Sequence record: ON392163.1
Reading direction: 5' to 3' (one strand)
Length of the DNA: 32,000 nucleotides
Source: Microbacterium phage Endor
How positions within the stretch are numbered: the first letter of the stretch is position 1; every line of letters begins with the position of its first letter. This document shows, piece by piece, positions 25,991 to 32,000 of the stretch. The notes below the pieces were generated by a model that saw only the letters and a list, made by a program, of their open reading frames with translations, had not been told where the DNA came from and searched no databases. The position numbers and the translations under genes are program-made.

Positions 25991-26754
25991 GACTGCTGCT
26001 CCTGTGCCTTCTCGCGGGCCAGCGTCTGGTCCATCCACTGCCTGCGGGCGAGACGCTCGAGCTTGTCGTCGACCTCGTGAGCGGCCTGCTGGAGCAGGTC
26101 GTGGTGACGAGGGTAGACGTGCAGGTTGCCGACCTGGAACGTGATGTCGCCCCGCTCGATCTCAGGGTAGATCAGCTCGAGGGCACCGAGGAGCCAGCCC
26201 ATGAGGTAGTCCCACATGCTGTAGTCGGCACGGTATCCCCAGACGGCATCCATCGAGCGCATCTGGGCCACGATGTGCAGGCGGTCCTGGTGGTCGATGT
26301 ATACGTTCAGCGCGTTCGTGCAGATGAAGTCGTTCCGGCCGTTCTTGTGGGCCAGGGTGTGGATGTCCCGGTCGCTGATGATGGCGACCGCGTGACGGGT
26401 GTGCTTGCCCTCCTGGATGAAGGCGTTCACGATCCGGTCGGCGAGCGTGGGCTGCGGGGGAAGCTCCTCGCCCCGGCCGAACAGGATGTGGCCGTACGCC
26501 GAGTTGACCTTGCCGTCCCATCCTGCGCAAGCCTGGAACGCCTGCGGGACAGGTGCCTCCATGTCTTCGAGGCTGTTCGAGCCAGAGGCGAACCAGTCCA
26601 GCTCGCGGCGGACCCAGTCCTCGTTGACCTTGCCGATCATCGAGTCGTTGGTGGCCGTCCAGCTGACCGAGTACAGCACCCGGTTCCCGGTACGGGGGTC
26701 GATCGGGGCACTGGCCAGGGCCAGCACCACGTCGTCGGAAGTGAAACGCAGCAT
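25987..26754 (-). CDS. Thymidylate synthase / dCMP hydroxymethylase-family protein
   Basis: FICTNALNVYIDHQDRLHIVAQMRSMDAVWGYRADYSMW and GDITFQVGNLHVYPRHHDL align to TS PCH...QRS.D.FLG.PFNIASY and GDFVWTGGDTHLYSNH. ATG at 26754 has AAGGAGGA upstream. Confidence 0.75.
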   Translation of the reverse strand: MLRFTSDDVVLALASAPIDPRTGNRVLYSVSWTATNDSMIGKVNEDWVRRELDWFASGSNSLEDMEAPVPQAFQACAGWDGKVNSAYGHILFGRGEELPPQPTLADRIVNAFIQEGKHTRHAVAIISDRDIHTLAHKNGRNDFICTNALNVYIDHQDRLHIVAQMRSMDAVWGYRADYSMWDYLMGWLLGALELIYPEIERGDITFQVGNLHVYPRHHDLLQQAAHEVDDKLERLARRQWMDQTLAREKAQEQQS

Positions 26755-26800
26755 GTGTCCTCCTTGGACGATTGTCGGGCCGGGGCTGGCCCTAGGTGTA

Positions 26801-26829
26801 AGTTTAGCGCATAGATTCTTCTTGAGCAA
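26801..26829 (-). promoter_or_regulatory. Phage promoter-family member (leadered)
   Basis: TTGCTC-17-TAAACT upstream of the TS-like gene. Confidence 0.6.
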
Positions 26830-26840
26830 CCGTGAGGAGA

Positions 26841-26864
26841 GTCCTACCCGCGCTAGGGCAGGAC
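26841..26864 (-). terminator. Hairpin after the 26885-27100 gene
   Basis: GTCCT-A-CCC-GCGCTA-GGG-C-AGGAC, one internal mismatch. Confidence 0.45.
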
Positions 26865-26884
26865 CCTCCCGGCTGGAACGGGGG

Positions 26885-27100
26885 TCAGTCCTCCTCAATC
26901 TCGAAGTAGGACTCCGCGGTCAGCGTCCCGTCGTGGTCCACCGGCTCGATGTAGAGGCCGGGGTAGCACCCCTGCTCGGGGTCCCAGGTGAAGCGACGGT
27001 CGCCGACCGCGACCCACTCAGGGGTCTCGAACGGCTCCATGCCCGGTCCGAACGGGACCATCGGGCCGAAGGTGAGGCGGGGTTCCTGTGTGCTATCCAT
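26885..27100 (-). CDS. Hypothetical acidic protein, 71 aa
   Basis: ATG 6 nt from the -10 at 27107-27112. Confidence 0.65.
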   Translation of the reverse strand: MDSTQEPRLTFGPMVPFGPGMEPFETPEWVAVGDRRFTWDPEQGCYPGLYIEPVDHDGTLTAESYFEIEED

Positions 27101-27106
27101 AGTTAG

Positions 27107-27135
27107 ATTTTACCTGACTTCCATCTAGAGCGCAA
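27107..27135 (-). promoter_or_regulatory. Phage promoter-family member (leaderless type)
   Basis: TTGCGC-17-TAAAAT, 6 nt before ATG. Confidence 0.7.
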
Positions 27136-27140
27136 GCCCT

Positions 27141-27168
27141 GGGCAGGGATTCGATGGAACCCCTGCCC
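27141..27168 (-). terminator. Hairpin terminator
   Basis: GGGCAGGG...CCCTGCCC, 8 bp perfect stem after the 27176 stop. Confidence 0.65.
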
Positions 27169-27175
27169 GAGCGGG

Positions 27176-27412
27176 CTACCGGCCGAACCGGCTGAACGGG
27201 AGGCCGATGACTGCCCCGCAGGACAGCTCGATGCGGACGCCCCGCTCGAGCTTGCCCGCGACCAGCATGTCGTCGAAGCCGTTGCGGACGATGGTGGTAC
27301 CCGTGTGGCGTGCCCGGTGGAAGGCGACGACCTGGGCACCCGTGGTGAAGCCCTTGAGGGCCTCGCGCTCGGCGATGGTGTACGGAGGGAGGTTGCAGGT
27401 GCAGTTGCTCAT
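27176..27412 (-). CDS. Hypothetical protein, 78 aa
   Basis: MSNCTCNLPPYTIAEREALKG...; ATG at 27412 is 6 nt from the -10. Confidence 0.65.
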   Translation of the reverse strand: MSNCTCNLPPYTIAEREALKGFTTGAQVVAFHRARHTGTTIVRNGFDDMLVAGKLERGVRIELSCGAVIGLPFSRFGR

Positions 27413-27418
27413 AACTAG

Positions 27419-27447
27419 ATTATTGCACATCCTCGAGGTTTCCGCAA
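27419..27447 (-). promoter_or_regulatory. Phage promoter-family member (leaderless type)
   Basis: TTGCGG-17-AATAAT; spacer contains palindrome CCTCGAGG. Confidence 0.7.
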
Positions 27448-27454
27448 GCCTGGT

Positions 27455-27482
27455 GGGGCAGGGATCCTAGAACCCCTGCCCC
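27455..27482 (-). terminator. Hairpin terminator, near copy of the one at 27141
   Basis: GGGGCAGGG...CCCTGCCCC, 9 bp perfect stem. Confidence 0.65.
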
Positions 27483-27489
27483 GTAGGGC

Positions 27490-27723
27490 TCACTCGAAGA
27501 AGATGTCGCGCCTCCCGTTCGCGCTGATCATGATGAGCACGTCGTCGACCTCGTCGATGCTCCGCTGAGCGTTGAGCTCGAGGCGGCTGAAGTCGTACTC
27601 CTCGCGGAGCACGGCCTGTGCGTGACGCAGGCAGACGATGGCGTTCGTCTCGTCGATCCGACCGTTGCACAGCATCTGTGCGGCGAGGGCCTCGGTGAAG
27701 CTGATGCTGTACTTCTCGTCCAT
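27490..27723 (-). CDS. Hypothetical protein, 77 aa
   Basis: ORF with CGGAGG upstream and a promoter at 27774-27802. Confidence 0.65.
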   Translation of the reverse strand: MDEKYSISFTEALAAQMLCNGRIDETNAIVCLRHAQAVLREEYDFSRLELNAQRSIDEVDDVLIMISANGRRDIFFE

Positions 27724-27773
27724 GGTTGCTACCTCCGGTAGTGGTGAGTGGGGCTGCTGCCCCGGTAACTTCT

Positions 27774-27802
27774 ATTTTTGCTCACCATCGAGGTTTCCGC
27801 AA
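27774..27802 (-). promoter_or_regulatory. Phage promoter-family member (leadered)
   Basis: TTGCGG-17-AAAAAT. Confidence 0.6.
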
Positions 27803-27805
27803 ACC

Positions 27806-28072
27806 CTATTCCGCAGCGGTTTCCAGGTTGCCCCGCAGGCTGTCGATGTCGAGATCGTCCAGCATGCTCGCGGCCTCGTCCAGCTGGTTCGCGGCCTCCT
27901 CCGCCTGGTATCCCCGGTCCGACTGCTGGAGGCCCTCCGGCATGTTGTCGTAGTACTCCTGCTCCTCGTCCCGGACCTGCTCGATGGCTTCCTGGACCTC
28001 GTTCTTGAGGGCCTCCAGGTCGGCCAGCTTGCTGATGATGGCCTCGATGTCCTTGCGACGCTGCTTGTTCAT
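27806..28072 (-). CDS. Hypothetical coiled-coil protein, 88 aa
   Basis: MNKQRRKDIEAIISKLADLEALKNEVQEAIEQ; AAGGAG upstream. Confidence 0.65.
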   Translation of the reverse strand: MNKQRRKDIEAIISKLADLEALKNEVQEAIEQVRDEEQEYYDNMPEGLQQSDRGYQAEEAANQLDEAASMLDDLDIDSLRGNLETAAE

Positions 28073-28111
28073 GTCCTGCTCCTTGTGGTGTGGCCGTGCT
28101 GATGGGGTGGA

Positions 28112-28136
28112 GGGGAGGGCCAGTGCGACCCTCCCC
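28112..28136 (-). terminator. Hairpin terminator
   Basis: GGGGAGGG...CCCTCCCC, 8 bp perfect stem. Confidence 0.6.
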
Positions 28137-28143
28137 GTGGGTT

Positions 28144-28404
28144 CTAGTCGCCGTAGCCGATGCTGCCGTCCTCGTCGTCCAGCACCACAGGCTCGAAGAT
28201 GTTGACCCACTGGCTGATGACCCCGTAGTTGGCACCGTACTCGTTGTTGCCGTCACGCAGCACCACCCGAGCCTCGTCGCCGAACCGCTCGATGGCCTCG
28301 GTGAGCGCGTTCTGCAGGTCGGCCAGCGTGATGCTGCGGTCCTGGACCTGCTCGGCGCTGTAGCCCTCGGCTCCCGACGTGTTGAGAATGACTGCCTGTG
28401 CCAT
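28144..28404 (-). CDS. Hypothetical protein, 86 aa
   Basis: GAGGAGG upstream of ATG plus promoter at 28442-28471. Confidence 0.7.
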   Translation of the reverse strand: MAQAVILNTSGAEGYSAEQVQDRSITLADLQNALTEAIERFGDEARVVLRDGNNEYGANYGVISQWVNIFEPVVLDDEDGSIGYGD

Positions 28405-28441
28405 GATACCCTCCTCAGGGTGTTGTGTGTTGGTAAGTTAG

Positions 28442-28471
28442 ATTTTAGCACGACCTCGAGGTTGAACGCAA
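28442..28471 (-). promoter_or_regulatory. Phage promoter-family member (leadered)
   Basis: TTGCGT-18-TAAAAT, spacer contains CCTCGAGG. Confidence 0.7.
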
Positions 28472-28498
28472 ATCCAAACTCGAAGCCGCACTAACGCC

Positions 28499-28660
28499 TC
28501 ACTCGTCGATGATGTCGCCCTCAGCGATGATGTCGTCGTTGATGCTGCCAGTGAAGTTCTGCTGGAGCATGTGCTCGAACTTCTCGCGAGCGTCGAGCGG
28601 GATCCAGGCCAGCTCCGCCATACGGGCCAGCAGGTTTTCGAAGGTGTCGTTGTTGTCCAT
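28499..28660 (-). CDS. Small acidic protein, 53 aa
   Basis: MDNNDTFENLLARMAELAWIP...; ATG 6 nt from the -10 at 28667-28672. Confidence 0.65.
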   Translation of the reverse strand: MDNNDTFENLLARMAELAWIPLDAREKFEHMLQQNFTGSINDDIIAEGDIIDE

Positions 28661-28666
28661 AAGTTG

Positions 28667-28695
28667 ATTATTGCTCACGTGCTCGAACTTCGCAA
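28667..28695 (-). promoter_or_regulatory. Phage promoter-family member (leaderless type)
   Basis: TTGCGA-17-AATAAT. Confidence 0.65.
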
Positions 28696-28767
28696 ACCAT
28701 TTCCGGACTTGGATGTCCATAGCCAGCCTGTCGCCGTCCATGGGTGTGGCCCGCCCGAAGGTCCAGA

Positions 28768-28797
28768 GGGAGCTGGCCTGACCGACAGTCAGCTCCC
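28768..28797 (-). terminator. Hairpin terminator
   Basis: GGGAGCTG...CAGCTCCC, 8 bp perfect stem. Confidence 0.6.
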
Positions 28798-28809
28798 CCT
28801 GAACCCAGC

Positions 28810-28995
28810 TCACTCGGACCCCGTCAGCCGCTTGGCGCACTTCCGGCAGACGATCTCACGGATCGGCTTGCTCTGGTAGGCGCGGCTCCAAGCACTCACG
28901 TCTAGGCCACATACCGAGTGGACCCCGTCGTCTGCCAGAGCGTGCTGGAGGGTCGGACGGCCGCGACCCGTGCGGGCCAGGATGTAGGTCCCCAT
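28810..28995 (-). CDS. Hypothetical small protein with CxxC, 61 aa
   Basis: ...VCRKCAKRL; start closely follows the DUF2786-like gene stop. Confidence 0.6.
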   Translation of the reverse strand: MGTYILARTGRGRPTLQHALADDGVHSVCGLDVSAWSRAYQSKPIREIVCRKCAKRLTGSE

Positions 28996-28996
28996 G

Positions 28997-29728
28997 TCAG
29001 GCCTCGATCCCGCGACCCTGGGTCATCGACCGCTCGCCCGTGTTGGCCTCACGTCCGGCCGCGTACCCGTGGCCCGCAGCAGCGTCCCGACCGGTCGCCG
29101 TACGCGAGCGCGCCTTGCCGGTCTTGACGCTGTTCATGTGCTCGTCGACCTTCGCCTTGCGGGACACCAGGACGAGCTCAGTGCCCGTGCCCGACTCCTG
29201 CACAGCCTGGCGACGGCCCTCGGCGATACGCGAGCCTGCACCCGTGCCGAAGCCGTGCACGAAGGAGCGACGCTTCTTCTCCTGCTCGTAGTTCGAGAGG
29301 AAGCTGAGGCCCTCCTTGTGCTCCTTCCACCAGTTCCGCACGGCGACCATCGCCTGGAGCTGGAGGGAGCGGATGAGGATCTCGGCCTGCTCCACGTCCG
29401 ACTCGAAGCCGACGAGGTAGAAGCTGAAGACCTTGCCCTTGCCTCCGGTGTACTGCATGGCGCGGAGGGTGCCGAGACCCCAGACGACGCTGGAGCAGAG
29501 GTTGAGCATCTCGCCCCGGTAGGCACCAGTGAAGTCGATGCGCTTCTCGACGATCTTCTCGCCCGCCTTGCCCTCCTTGGCGCGACGCTCGTCGATGGTC
29601 GCCTGATCGATCGAGTACTTGATCATCATGGCAGCAGCGGCCTCGAGGAGCGCCTGTGCTTCCTCGGGGGTCGTGGACTCCGCCTTCGCGAGAAGCTTGG
29701 CGATGAGGTCGATCTTCTTTTCGGACAT
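28997..29728 (-). CDS. DUF2786-family protein
   Basis: KIDLIAKLLAKAESTTPEEAQALLEAAAAMMIKYSI is the DUF2786 N-terminal motif. Confidence 0.8.
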   Translation of the reverse strand: MSEKKIDLIAKLLAKAESTTPEEAQALLEAAAAMMIKYSIDQATIDERRAKEGKAGEKIVEKRIDFTGAYRGEMLNLCSSVVWGLGTLRAMQYTGGKGKVFSFYLVGFESDVEQAEILIRSLQLQAMVAVRNWWKEHKEGLSFLSNYEQEKKRRSFVHGFGTGAGSRIAEGRRQAVQESGTGTELVLVSRKAKVDEHMNSVKTGKARSRTATGRDAAAGHGYAAGREANTGERSMTQGRGIEA

Positions 29729-29765
29729 GTTAGCCTCCTCAGGCTCTGGTGTGTTGGTAAGTTCA

Positions 29766-29795
29766 AGTTTAGCACGGGGTTGAGGTTGAGCGCAA
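29766..29795 (-). promoter_or_regulatory. Phage promoter-family member (leadered)
   Basis: TTGCGC-18-TAAACT, TGC before the -10. Confidence 0.7.
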
Positions 29796-29821
29796 ACCCA
29801 AACTCAACCCCACGCTAAACC

Positions 29822-30160
29822 CTACTGCCCGTGCTTCTCGATGTAGTCGAACACCGACTGCAGGTCGGGCTCAGCGGCGACCGTGTAGTCGCTGATGAGG
29901 TCCCACTCGTTGCCGCGGACCAGCATGACCCAGTCGTCGTTCTCGGTGAACAGCCAGGACATGTCCAGGTTGAACACCTGCTCGAGCATCTCGCGCTCGT
30001 TCTTGACCGAGACGTACTCGCCACCGTCGTAGACCTTCACGACAGGGTTGCCAGCAGCACGCAGAGCGCGGTAGACCTTGCGGGTCAGCTTGGCCTCGAC
30101 AGGCGAAGCGGCGATGGCGTCGTCGATGAACTTCTTGAAGTCGAAGGTGGTGTCGGTCAT
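29822..30160 (-). CDS. Hypothetical protein, 112 aa
   Basis: GAGGAGG upstream of ATG; promoter at 30197-30225. Confidence 0.7.
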   Translation of the reverse strand: MTDTTFDFKKFIDDAIAASPVEAKLTRKVYRALRAAGNPVVKVYDGGEYVSVKNEREMLEQVFNLDMSWLFTENDDWVMLVRGNEWDLISDYTVAAEPDLQSVFDYIEKHGQ

Positions 30161-30196
30161 GATTGCCTCCTCAGGCTGGGTTGTGTCGGTAAGTTG

Positions 30197-30225
30197 ATTA
30201 TTGCTCATCCTGAACGTCTTCGCAA
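30197..30225 (-). promoter_or_regulatory. Phage promoter-family member (leadered)
   Basis: TTGCGA-17-AATAAT. Confidence 0.65.
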
Positions 30226-30573
30226 ACCCGCCTTCGACTTTTTCTTCACCGGCTTCGCAGGCACGTCCGTCACCGCAGCAGCTTCGATGTGCCGCTTGAG
30301 GCCGATGTAGTCGAGGTCCTCGTGGCACTGCACAGCAGCATCCAGCTCGAACAGGCAGTGGATCGAGAGCTGAATCTGCTTGTCCGTAGACGCGTTCTTG
30401 CCCTCGTGCTTCCGCATGTTCTGGAGCTTGTGATACTCGTCAGTACGGACCGCATGGATGGCCACACGAAGAGCGTCGTGGGTACGCTCGTAGACGTCGG
30501 CCTTCGCAGTGTCCAGGACCAGATCGATGACCTCGACCATCGTCAGCAGGTGCGCGCGCTTGTCCGCGTTCAC
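30205..30573 (-). CDS. Hypothetical protein, about 122 aa, basic C-terminus
   Basis: GTG start overlapping upstream stop (GTGA). Confidence 0.6.
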   Translation of the reverse strand: MNADKRAHLLTMVEVIDLVLDTAKADVYERTHDALRVAIHAVRTDEYHKLQNMRKHEGKNASTDKQIQLSIHCLFELDAAVQCHEDLDYIGLKRHIEAAAVTDVPAKPVKKKSKAGLRRRSG

Positions 30574-30752
30574 GCCTGGCGGACCACAGTCGCCTCGTGC
30601 TGGATCGTCGCACCACCCTTGACCGGCTCGTAGACGTACCACGAGGCCAAGTCCCTGCCCGCCTCGTTCGCGTACTCGATCCCCGCTTCTGCTGCGTCCT
30701 CGCAGTGCGCGCAGTCGGGGTGCGTGCTCTTGACATTCCAGCTTTCGGCCAT
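30570..30752 (-). CDS. Hypothetical small protein, 60 aa
   Basis: MAESWNVKSTHPDCAHCEDAAEAGIEYANEAGRDLASWYVYEPVKGG...; promoter at 30802-30831. Confidence 0.65.
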   Translation of the reverse strand: MAESWNVKSTHPDCAHCEDAAEAGIEYANEAGRDLASWYVYEPVKGGATIQHEATVVRQA

Positions 30753-30801
30753 GCTGATGCTCCTGTAGTTATCGCGGTCCCCCGAATGGGCCGCAGCTCT
30801 C

Positions 30802-30831
30802 ATCTTAGCGCATGGTGTGGCCCGCACGCAA
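30802..30831 (-). promoter_or_regulatory. Phage promoter-family member
   Basis: TTGCGT-18-TAAGAT; first leftward promoter of the - strand block. Confidence 0.6.
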
Positions 30832-31103
30832 GTAGAGGTTCCCTTTTAAGTAAACGCGCACGCGCGCCTAAATGAAGATAAAAACACCTCTAGCTACCCG
30901 AGCTACTCCGAAGGAGTAAGCGAGGGTGGGAATGCAGGGGCAGAACACCGGCATCGTCCCGCAGGCCGACTAACACGGCTCGGCTGCTCTCCCGCACCGT
31001 ACCCTCGCTCCCGCCTCCGGCGCGCTCGGGCACGATGACGCAGTCCGGCGGTCCGTCTAGGTTGCCCGCTTGACTCGCCGTTGGCTGGGAGGTAACGTCG
31101 CCG

Positions 31104-31132
31104 TTGCTCATGTGGCCAGGATACGGTATACT
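31104..31132 (+). promoter_or_regulatory. Divergent + strand promoter (leaderless type)
   Basis: TTGCTC-17-TATACT, 7 nt before ATG 31140. Confidence 0.6.
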
Positions 31133-31139
31133 TGCCTGC

Positions 31140-31391
31140 ATGCCCGCACAGCCAGCCAGCAGTGGTGTCTGCACTCAGCTTATCCACAGTGGAGTGCGCT
31201 TCCACTCGATGCTGCTCGACCTCGACGTTCCAGTGAGCCTGACGACTCCGTCGGGCGAGGTCTTCATCTGGAGTGAGGGTGACATGAAGTACCTCAGCGA
31301 ACGGGATGGGACCCGTGTGCTGAGCCTCGAGTCCGGGGTCGTGAGCGTCCTTCGGCCGGATGCTCGCTGGACGGTCTCGGACTCGAGCTAG
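31140..31391 (+). CDS. Hypothetical protein, 83 aa (alternative start 31209)
   Basis: Open frame from the ATG downstream of the promoter; C-terminal part has a coding-like pattern. Confidence 0.55.
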   Translation: MPAQPASSGVCTQLIHSGVRFHSMLLDLDVPVSLTTPSGEVFIWSEGDMKYLSERDGTRVLSLESGVVSVLRPDARWTVSDSS

Positions 31392-31422
31392 GGGGAGGTC
31401 CGGTTCCGGGGCATTCTGGGGC

Positions 31423-31451
31423 TTGCGCCGGAGCCGGACTTCAGCTAAGGT
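31423..31451 (+). promoter_or_regulatory. Phage promoter-family member on + strand (leadered)
   Basis: TTGCGC-17-TAAGGT. Confidence 0.6.
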
Positions 31452-31499
31452 TGTCCCAGGAGCACAAGCTCCAGTTCCACAACACAAGGAGATCGTCAA

Positions 31500-32000
31500 A
31501 TGGCCGACATCGTTGACACCCCCATCCAGAGCCTCGAGGACATCGAGCAGGCACTCGGGGGATCGCACATCCCGAAGTCGTCTCGCTCGCACGCCAACGT
31601 CGGCGTCGAGAACCGGAAGTCCGCACGGCAGGACGGGGTCGTCTGCATCAACAAGCTCCGGGTCCGCGCTGACGTCCGGAACATCGACACCGAGTGGGCT
31701 GAGGTGAACCTCTCGGTCAAGATCGGCGAGGGCTGGTTCCGGCTCGAGCGGGGTCACGCGCTGCGTGTCGCTCGGCGGTTCTCGGGCAGTCGGGAGGCTC
31801 AGGAGCTGTACGCTGTCTCGGCTCTCCGGCGTTCGCTGACGGCACATGGTGTGGCCGTGCTCTCGCTGGAAGGCGAGGAGGTCCGCACGGGCGTCGGGGC
31901 TGTCACCGACTATCGCTACTGGGCGAACATGGGGTCGCGGCTGACCTACGCGCTGGAGACCCTGTCGGACGGTTCCGTAGCGGTCGTAGCTCTCAACTGA
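31500..32000 (+). CDS. Hypothetical protein, 166 aa
   Basis: AAGGAG upstream of ATG; stop at the window end. Confidence 0.75.
   Translation: MADIVDTPIQSLEDIEQALGGSHIPKSSRSHANVGVENRKSARQDGVVCINKLRVRADVRNIDTEWAEVNLSVKIGEGWFRLERGHALRVARRFSGSREAQELYAVSALRRSLTAHGVAVLSLEGEEVRTGVGAVTDYRYWANMGSRLTYALETLSDGSVAVVALN

Noticed and set aside
26841-28797. Multiple short inverted repeats as a CRISPR-like array
   Set aside because: They have different sequences, irregular spacing and each follows a stop codon, so they fit terminators, not a CRISPR array.
30859-30875. GCGCACGCGCGC alternating tract as a tandem repeat
   Set aside because: Too short for a meaningful repeat in a high-GC genome; noted only as part of the divergent region.
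30903-31847. 314 aa - strand ORF across the divergent region
   Set aside because: Overlaps two + strand genes with better coding pattern and promoters; composition looks like shadow translation.

Overview
The window looks like part of a high-GC tailed bacteriophage (siphovirus-like) genome, probably infecting an actinobacterium; the host is inferred from composition, codon usage and gene content. About 1-10.6 kb on the + strand is the end of the late region: tape measure C-terminus, distal tail-like protein, tail-tip protein, small tail proteins, a GH18-like tail protein, an M15-like endolysin with two peptidoglycan-binding repeats, and two holin-like membrane proteins. A strong hairpin ends this block at about 10.60 kb. 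About 10.6-30.75 kb on the - strand holds replication and nucleotide-metabolism genes plus many small ORFs. These include a primase/RepA-like helicase, a VRR-NUC-like nuclease, an acidic-tailed DUF669-like protein, a Sak4/RecA-like ATPase, a Cas4/RecB-like nuclease with four Cys, a PolA-family polymerase, an H1-like basic protein, a SNF2-type helicase, a MazG-like protein, a P-loop NMP kinase, a glycosyltransferase, a thymidylate synthase/dCMP hydroxymethylase-like protein and a DUF2786 protein. Two divergent + strand genes start near 31.1 kb. The three strongest observations are: (1) a candidate cytosine-hypermodification cluster (TS-like enzyme with Asn->Asp at the base-discriminating site, glycosyltransferase, NMP kinase, MazG-like pyrophosphohydrolase); (2) a family of about 14 phage promoters (TTGCGN - 17/18 nt - TAAACT/TAAAAT/AATAAT) in which one subset sits exactly 6 nt before an ATG (predicted leaderless mRNAs) and another carries a conserved leader and Shine-Dalgarno; (3) a tRNA-like cloverleaf upstream of the polymerase that does not fit a canonical tRNA. 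No database search was run; all family calls come from motif recognition.
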